Assembly: GCA_025210295.1 (NCBI GenBank)
Contig: JAOASC010000031.1
Location: 44,350 to 108,349 of the forward strand
Direction: 5' to 3'
Origin: Flavobacteriales bacterium
GTDB lineage: Bacteria; Bacteroidota; Bacteroidia; Flavobacteriales_D; Parvicellaceae
DNA length: 64,000 nucleotides
The notes under the pieces are model-generated. The model did no database searches and had not been told where the DNA came from. It was given only the letters and a program-made list of their open reading frames with translations. This document shows positions 58,521-64,000 of this stretch, piece by piece (position 1 is the first letter of the stretch; each line of letters opens with the position of its first letter). Position numbers and translations under genes: made by a program.

Positions 58521-60110
58521 ATGAAACAGCTTTACTTTTTGACTTTATTGATATCCCTATCATTTACAGGAACTGCTCAGGTAACTTGGAGTGATGATGT
58601 AGCAGAAATAATCTATAATAATTGTGCTGTTTGCCATAATCCTACAGGGATTGCTCCATTTAGTTTAGTTAATTATCAAGATGCTTTTAATTATCGACTC
58701 GCGATTTCCCCAGCTGTTGCCAATGGAGAGATGCCTCCATGGACTGCCGACACAAGCTACCAACGTTATGCACATGAACGTATTTTAACTACGGCTGAAC
58801 GTACAACAATATTAGATTGGATTGCTCAAGGTGCTCCCGAGGGTAATGCGGCCAATACTCCTCCTCCCCCGGTATTTAGCAATGAGGGATTCTTGACGCA
58901 AAATCCAGATTTAGAACTGCAAATACCAACCTATACCAGCAAAGCTACATTTGTTCACGATGATTACGTCTGTTTTTCTATTCCAACAGGACTTACAGCT
59001 GATAAAAAAATAAAAGCTTTTGAAATCATCCCTGGAAACCCATCGATTGTTCATCATACACTGATTTACATTGACAACGATGGCACTTATCCTACTGATA
59101 CAACTAGTGGTTTTTGTAATGGCCCAGATCCAGATCCACAAGCTTCAAACTCTAGTCTACTTGGAGGCTATACACCAGGTTCATTACCAACTGTTTTTCC
59201 TGGTCAAGGAAACACTAATTTTGGTTATACAATACCTGCTGGTTCTAACATTGTATTTGCAATGCATTATCCAGCTGGTTCTGCTGGAATGCAAGATAGC
59301 ACCAAAATAAAAATTTATTTTTATGATGATAATGTTAGTATCAGGGAGGTTACAAGTTTACCAGCAATTGCTAATACTAATTTTACTATTCAAGCCAATT
59401 CAATAGATACTGTTACTTCAGATTCAGACCCCAACGATTTGCCTATAGACATTTCGGTATTAAGTGTATTCCCACACATGCACTTATTAGGAAAAAGTAT
59501 TGAAGCTTTTGCTACCACTCCCAACAACGACACTGTAAAGTTTGCACGTATCAATGAATGGGATTTTGATTGGCAAGAGTTCTTGTTTTTCGAATACATC
59601 AAAAAAGTACCTGCCAACTCTTCTTTGCATGGAAGAGGGACCTACGATAATACTACCAACAATCATCACAACCCCAATAATCCACCTATAGATGTTAGCT
59701 ATGGACTTAATACTTCTGATGAGATGTTTTTAGTTTATTTTCATTTTACATTTTATTATCCTGGAGATGAAAACTTAAACCTAGATAGTCTAACATACGA
59801 CTTTTACTCTGTTGATATCCAAGAACATAACAAGACCTCAAACGTTAAAGTTTACCCTAATCCATCTAATGCTATTACCTCCATAGAGCTTGATAATCAT
59901 AAAGCTTCAACAACTAGCCTATACATTTATGACATGAGAGGTCAACTGGTTTCGAAACTATTGGATAAAGCAATTCTTCCTAGTGGAAAAAATACAATAA
60001 CATGGAATGGAGAAGATACTTCGAAAAAGCTGGTAACTCCGGGTATATACTTTTATTCCCTAATCAACAATGGAGAATTAAGTTCTGGTAAAATAATTCG
60101 AGTAAAGTAA
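58521..60110 (+). CDS. T9SS-exported fusion of a cytochrome c domain, a copper type-II ascorbate-dependent (PHM/DBM-like) monooxygenase fold and a type-A CTD
   Basis: A signal peptide is present. The haem-binding motif is 'NNCAVCHNP' (CxxCH). Candidate CuH ligands are 'VHHTLIY' and candidate CuM ligands are 'FPHMHLLGKS' together with 'DEMFLVYFHF'. The C-terminus is 'VKVYPNPSNAITSIELD...GIYFYSLINNG'. Confidence 0.55.
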   Translation: MKQLYFLTLLISLSFTGTAQVTWSDDVAEIIYNNCAVCHNPTGIAPFSLVNYQDAFNYRLAISPAVANGEMPPWTADTSYQRYAHERILTTAERTTILDWIAQGAPEGNAANTPPPPVFSNEGFLTQNPDLELQIPTYTSKATFVHDDYVCFSIPTGLTADKKIKAFEIIPGNPSIVHHTLIYIDNDGTYPTDTTSGFCNGPDPDPQASNSSLLGGYTPGSLPTVFPGQGNTNFGYTIPAGSNIVFAMHYPAGSAGMQDSTKIKIYFYDDNVSIREVTSLPAIANTNFTIQANSIDTVTSDSDPNDLPIDISVLSVFPHMHLLGKSIEAFATTPNNDTVKFARINEWDFDWQEFLFFEYIKKVPANSSLHGRGTYDNTTNNHHNPNNPPIDVSYGLNTSDEMFLVYFHFTFYYPGDENLNLDSLTYDFYSVDIQEHNKTSNVKVYPNPSNAITSIELDNHKASTTSLYIYDMRGQLVSKLLDKAILPSGKNTITWNGEDTSKKLVTPGIYFYSLINNGELSSGKIIRVK

Positions 60111-60168
60111 CTCTATTTTTGGCATTAAATTTGTTTTTTGATTTCATAGAAACTAAAAAACTATTGCT

Positions 60169-60984
60169 ATGAAACTTTTAACAACCTTTGCTATATCACT
60201 ACTAACATTAGGTAGTATTAGCGCTTCGGATGGTGTTTATAACCAACAATTAGAAGCTTCTGCCTTTAAATACAGAACTATTAAAAACACAGCCTTTCAA
60301 GCTGGTGAAAAGCTAACATACCGCTTACACTATGGAGTGATTGATGCTGCACAAGCAACTTTAGAAGTCAAGAAAGTGGACCGTAAGATTAGTGGAAGAA
60401 GTCTATATCGAGTAATTGGTAAAGGAAAAAGTATTGGTTCTTTTAATTGGTTTTTTAAAGTGGACGACCGCTATGAAAGTTATATTGATGAACAAGGAAT
60501 TTTCCCTTGGGTATTTATTAGAAGAGTAAATGAAGGGGGGTACAAAATCAACCAAGATTATACTTTTATTCAAAGTAAGGGTAAAGTAAAAGAAGGAGAA
60601 AAAGAGTATAAAGCTCCTACAAACGTTCAAGATATGATTTCTTCTTATTACTATGCTAGAACACTAGATTTTTCTAACGCAAAAAAAGGAGACATCTTTG
60701 AATTTGATTCATTTGTTGATGGTGAAGTATATCCGCTAAAAATCAAATTCTTAGGTCGTGAAAAAGTAAAAATTAGAAAGGGAAAATATAACGCTTTAAA
60801 ATTCTCTCCTGTTGTACAAGTTGATCGTATCTTTAAAAATGAAGATGACTTGCAAGTCTGGATTTCTGATGATGCAAACAAAATACCATTACTTGCAAAA
60901 GCAAAGATTTTATTTGGATCTATAAAAATGGAATTAACGGCTTATGAAGGTCTTAAAAATGAGCTTTCGAAGATCGAAAAATAA
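60169..60984 (+). CDS. DUF3108-like secreted protein
   Basis: A signal peptide and the 'GEKLTYRLHYGVIDAAQATLEV' beta-rich fold are typical of DUF3108. Confidence 0.5.
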   Translation: MKLLTTFAISLLTLGSISASDGVYNQQLEASAFKYRTIKNTAFQAGEKLTYRLHYGVIDAAQATLEVKKVDRKISGRSLYRVIGKGKSIGSFNWFFKVDDRYESYIDEQGIFPWVFIRRVNEGGYKINQDYTFIQSKGKVKEGEKEYKAPTNVQDMISSYYYARTLDFSNAKKGDIFEFDSFVDGEVYPLKIKFLGREKVKIRKGKYNALKFSPVVQVDRIFKNEDDLQVWISDDANKIPLLAKAKILFGSIKMELTAYEGLKNELSKIEK

Positions 60985-61014
60985 AAAAAGCTCCTTTAAA
61001 AGGAGCTTTTTTGT
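60983..61014. terminator. Bidirectional terminator between the DUF3108 gene and the dihaem cytochrome gene
   Basis: The sequence is 'AAAAAAAGCTCCTTTTAAAAGGAGCTTTTTT', a perfect palindromic stem with A-run and T-run flanks. Confidence 0.55.
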
Positions 61015-61959
61015 TTACTTATCAAATTGAATACTCCATATTCCTCTAATCTGATTTGCCTCATAACCAATTGCTTCATCATTAGGGTATAAAGATTTTA
61101 TTCGATTATAGGTCGAATGTTTTAAATCTTGCCCTTGCTCTCCGTGGCATTGTAAACACATTGCATTCGTTTTAATTGGAAAATAGAAATTTACCTTTTC
61201 TCCATTTTCTTCAACTATGGGTTTAAACTCCTCTTGGTTGGCTAACATTTTCTTAAAAGAAACGATATGTGCTAATTCTTTAGTATTTGCTTTATTATTA
61301 GGGTTTCTTGCTTTATCAGACACTCGTTTAATCGTTGCATTATTGACAATGGCCATACTGTCTGTAATTGAAATTGCTCTCGTATTACAAAACGAAACAG
61401 CGCCCTCTGTTCCTTTTGACTGAATAGCTCCCATTAGATTTTTACCCAACTGAGACTTTGTAGAAAATGCATATTTCATCCCTATTTCTGCATAGGTAAG
61501 TGGTTGCTGTTCTTTGCCCTCTTTATCTCCATCATGATGCTTCTTATAATGTTCATCAAACCATTCAGGTTTTTCAATTTCATGGGAATATAGATAATCT
61601 GCTATGTGAAGAATTGTTTCTTTAGGATAATCGACTTTGGCCATTATTCCAAACTTTTTAATTGCTCCAGGCATTTTAGAATGTTCCTCAACAGGATTAT
61701 TAATCCATTTTAAAATAGCTGTTTGAAAATCTTCTTTAGCCATCCCCTCTTGCAAATAATGCTTCTTTACGGCTATCATTGGTGGCGCAATTCTCGCATT
61801 TTCTCCTGCAGTTGGACTGTGACATGCATTACAATTTAATGCCATTAACTCTTTCCCTGGATGTTCTTCTTGCTTCACATTGGTGATTTGCTCATTGGGT
61901 TCAGCTCCACAACTACTCAACAAGAGTATTGAAGAAATGCTATATAAATACTTTCTCAT
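61015..61959 (-). CDS. Dihaem c-type cytochrome lipoprotein
   Basis: A lipoprotein signal ('LLLSSCG') is present. Two CxxCH motifs are present ('CNACHSP', 'CLQCHGE'). Confidence 0.6.
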   Translation of the reverse strand: MRKYLYSISSILLLSSCGAEPNEQITNVKQEEHPGKELMALNCNACHSPTAGENARIAPPMIAVKKHYLQEGMAKEDFQTAILKWINNPVEEHSKMPGAIKKFGIMAKVDYPKETILHIADYLYSHEIEKPEWFDEHYKKHHDGDKEGKEQQPLTYAEIGMKYAFSTKSQLGKNLMGAIQSKGTEGAVSFCNTRAISITDSMAIVNNATIKRVSDKARNPNNKANTKELAHIVSFKKMLANQEEFKPIVEENGEKVNFYFPIKTNAMCLQCHGEQGQDLKHSTYNRIKSLYPNDEAIGYEANQIRGIWSIQFDK

Positions 61960-62109
61960 CTTTTTTATTTTCTAGTACCACCGTGTCCAGCAGCAACAAC
62001 AATTAATATTTTAATGTTTAAATAAAAGAACTTAAACAATTGAATCAACGGATTATGCATCATAAAACGTTGAAAACTAGTGATTTTTCTTGCCATAATC
62101 TTTACTTTT

Positions 62110-63564
62110 TTATTCTGGAATAAGCCACCAAAAAGGCTTCATTTTAGCTTTATATAAAAACGCATAATGTAAAGAAAGTTTTACCCAGTGTCCAGCTAAT
62201 CCTAAATCTCCGATTGTTTTAGAAATTTGTCTCCCTGTCTCTGGGTATTTATTGTAATCGGGAACAATAGGGTTGGTGGTAATGGTAACCCCTCTACCTT
62301 TTAACATTCCATATCCAGTTGAAGCAATACAAGCAGCTCCCATATTTCCCATTGAACCCAAGTGGTGTATATGCTCTGTTCCTGTTTTCACCATCTCTAC
62401 AATATTATCTGCTACTAACTTTGCCGTAATACCCGAAGGCATACCTGTTCTTGGTGGTGCCGGAAATATTGGTGTTCCATTCTTACTCTTTCTTGGTTTA
62501 GAAATAGTATGCGGAGGCGCAAAAGCAATCCCAGGTGCAAAAATATTTTTATAAGAAGGGTTTTGGTATGTTTCTGGCCAATCTTGAACCGACCAATCTT
62601 CATAAGGCTTGGGAGTATAATCAGCATCTACTAACATAAAACCATTGAATAGTTTACTTGTGATGTCCTCTCCTTTCTTATCAAAAGCTTTGAACCCATG
62701 ACCAGAAAATGCAGGAATAAGCATGGCTAAATCATAAGATTCGGACTTAAACTCTCCGTCTAATGTTTCGTAATAAGCAACACCATCCTCTATCTTATTC
62801 ACTCCTGCTTGAGTAATCCATTGAATACCTCTATCCTCAAAAACCATTTCTATCAGCTCTTTGGAAGGCATTAACTTTCCTCCCATTTTTACTGTAACCC
62901 CATCTATCCCAAAATCTCCTAACTCATATTCATTCGATATCCAAGTGATTTCCGCTTGATCTCTTACTTGATGCCTTTTTAACTCTTGCTCTACATTCAT
63001 GATATACTCAAATGCAGCTCCTTGACAAGTTGATTTGGCATGCCCAGTACCTATTAATATTTTTGCTTTTTGGCCTTTTTTCATTTTTTGAATCAATGCT
63101 TCTAATTCTTTCCAAGCGTGCAAAGCATGATCATAAGTACAAACAGACACTGTTTTATTTTTCCCTGGAAGTAATCCTTCTGTGGCTTCAAAATTTAATT
63201 TAGGTCCTGTGGCATTAATTAAATAATCATAATCGACTTTAACTTGCTCTCCTTTGCGTTCTCCAGCAACATATTCTGCCAAAACATAACCTTTTTCTAC
63301 TTCTGGGTCTCCTTCTGGGTGAAAGGTTATTGCTTTTGCTTGAATATAATTAATTCCTTTTTTTTGGTACAATGGCGCCAATGGAAAGATGGTCTGTTTT
63401 TCTGTCATACGACCTATTCCAATCCAAATATTGGACGGAACCCACTGATAGTTACTATTCGGGGAAACCATAACGACCTCATGTTCTTTCCCCAAATCTT
63501 TCCTTAAATAAGATACTGCTGTATGCCCTGAAATACCTGCACCAACTACAACTATTTTTGCCAT
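62110..63564 (-). CDS. FAD/NAD(P)-dependent disulfide-oxidoreductase-family flavoprotein, sulfide:quinone oxidoreductase or flavocytochrome-c sulfide dehydrogenase-like
   Basis: A Rossmann dinucleotide motif 'KIVVVGAGISGHTA' sits at the ATG start. The track start 63609 is an upstream TTG. The second nucleotide-binding region is 'KILIGTGHAKSTCQGAAFE'. It lies adjacent to the dihaem cytochrome c. Confidence 0.55.
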   Translation of the reverse strand: MAKIVVVGAGISGHTAVSYLRKDLGKEHEVVMVSPNSNYQWVPSNIWIGIGRMTEKQTIFPLAPLYQKKGINYIQAKAITFHPEGDPEVEKGYVLAEYVAGERKGEQVKVDYDYLINATGPKLNFEATEGLLPGKNKTVSVCTYDHALHAWKELEALIQKMKKGQKAKILIGTGHAKSTCQGAAFEYIMNVEQELKRHQVRDQAEITWISNEYELGDFGIDGVTVKMGGKLMPSKELIEMVFEDRGIQWITQAGVNKIEDGVAYYETLDGEFKSESYDLAMLIPAFSGHGFKAFDKKGEDITSKLFNGFMLVDADYTPKPYEDWSVQDWPETYQNPSYKNIFAPGIAFAPPHTISKPRKSKNGTPIFPAPPRTGMPSGITAKLVADNIVEMVKTGTEHIHHLGSMGNMGAACIASTGYGMLKGRGVTITTNPIVPDYNKYPETGRQISKTIGDLGLAGHWVKLSLHYAFLYKAKMKPFWWLIPE

Positions 63565-63765
63565 AATCTTTGTTTTTAAATCATTGAATGCTACGTTACA
63601 AAATGACAATTTTTTGACTCAATAATCAGTAACATTTGTTTCTTAAGCTTTTTTGTAAGACAAAAAAATGCATGTTCGGTTTGAACCAATGTAGGAAAGG
63701 AGTGTATAAGTCATCAGATTTTAAAAAATTCTTATTAACTTTACATTTATCAAATACACGAAAAG

Positions 63766-64000
63766 TATGGAACCAAAGAAAAGCAGCAAAGCTAATATGG
63801 AAGGATTCCTTACAAAGATGGGATATACCGCTTTGGGAGGAGTAATTGCTATGGCTGTTGTACTATGTACAATTGAATATCGTCGTGCTGAAGCTGAAAT
63901 GAAAAAACTAGATTCAGCCAAGCTTTTAGAAGATGAGGAGATTGAGGTGATTGACCTAAGTAATGCACCACCTCCGCCACCGCCACCTCCGCCACCACCA
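63766..64000 (+). CDS. TonB-like energy transducer, N-terminal fragment running off the window end
   Basis: My own translation is 'MEPKKSSKANMEGFLTKMGYTALGGVIAMAVVLCTIEYRRAEAEMKKL...SNAPPPPPPPPPPP'. This is a TM anchor followed by a poly-Pro spacer. There is no stop before nt 64000. Confidence 0.4.

Noticed and set aside
63960-64000. Short-period CCACCTCCGCCACCGCC repeat at the window end, which could be mistaken for a CRISPR or microsatellite
   Set aside because: It is in-frame poly-proline coding sequence from a TonB-like protein. No spacer/repeat architecture is present. Similar GGN-rich DNA at 47524-47600 encodes the poly-Gly tail.
1-64000. Mobile elements, prophage, CRISPR, tRNA and rRNA
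   Set aside because: There are no transposase, integrase, recombinase, Cas or phage structural motifs among the ORF translations. No tRNA-like T-arm (GTTCGAnTC) or rRNA signatures were noticed. The long direct repeats are all in-gene protein repeats.

Overview
This 64-kb window is low-GC chromosomal DNA that looks like Bacteroidota (Flavobacteriia). The lineage call rests on T9SS C-terminal sorting domains of both types, GEVED, SprB-repeat and SBBP proteins, a DUF4271-hemD pair, a deoxynucleoside kinase, and the gliding-bacterium style of adhesin-like cargo. Coding density is high. I found no rRNA, tRNA, CRISPR array, transposase, integrase or phage genes. Contents from left to right: (i) a polysaccharide, O-antigen or EPS-like glycosylation cluster at 1-7495 with 5 glycosyltransferases, a hexapeptide acetyltransferase, a SAM methyltransferase and a Wzy/Wzx-like membrane protein; (ii) housekeeping genes rdgB, sppA, folK and a deoxynucleoside kinase; (iii) T9SS cargo with GEVED and CARDB domains, and a WG-repeat protein; (iv) two divergently arranged class I ribonucleotide reductase operons on either side of an 865-bp AT-rich region, one with an ATP-cone fused to NrdB and a cone-less NrdA, the other a canonical Ia nrdB-nrdA pair; (v) a secreted collagen-like Gly-X-Y protein; (vi) three tandem giant T9SS adhesin-like cargo genes; (vii) the most interesting part: a roughly 16-kb minus-strand membrane-stress and remodelling island built from two modules, each led by a 131-aa YbjN-like paralog. 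Module A is YbjN-like, YqiJ/NfeD-like, flotillin, a 1627-aa protein with a C-terminal MoxR/AAA_5-type ATPase domain, and two small envelope proteins. Module B is YbjN-like, PspA/IM30, a TM protein, AdoMet decarboxylase (SpeD/SpeH), two DUF4178 proteins, a tandem-DUF350 membrane protein and a membrane-fused spermidine synthase. The island is flanked by a divergent XRE regulator, a GIDE-like membrane protein and a tandem universal stress protein; (viii) DUF4271-hemD, rnpA, an S41 C-terminal processing protease, an O-antigen-ligase-like protein, a T9SS-exported cytochrome c fused to a PHM-like copper monooxygenase, DUF3108, and a dihaem cytochrome c lipoprotein next to an SQR/FCSD-like flavoprotein. 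A TonB-like N-terminus runs off the right edge. Coordinates placed by hand are approximate to within a few nt.
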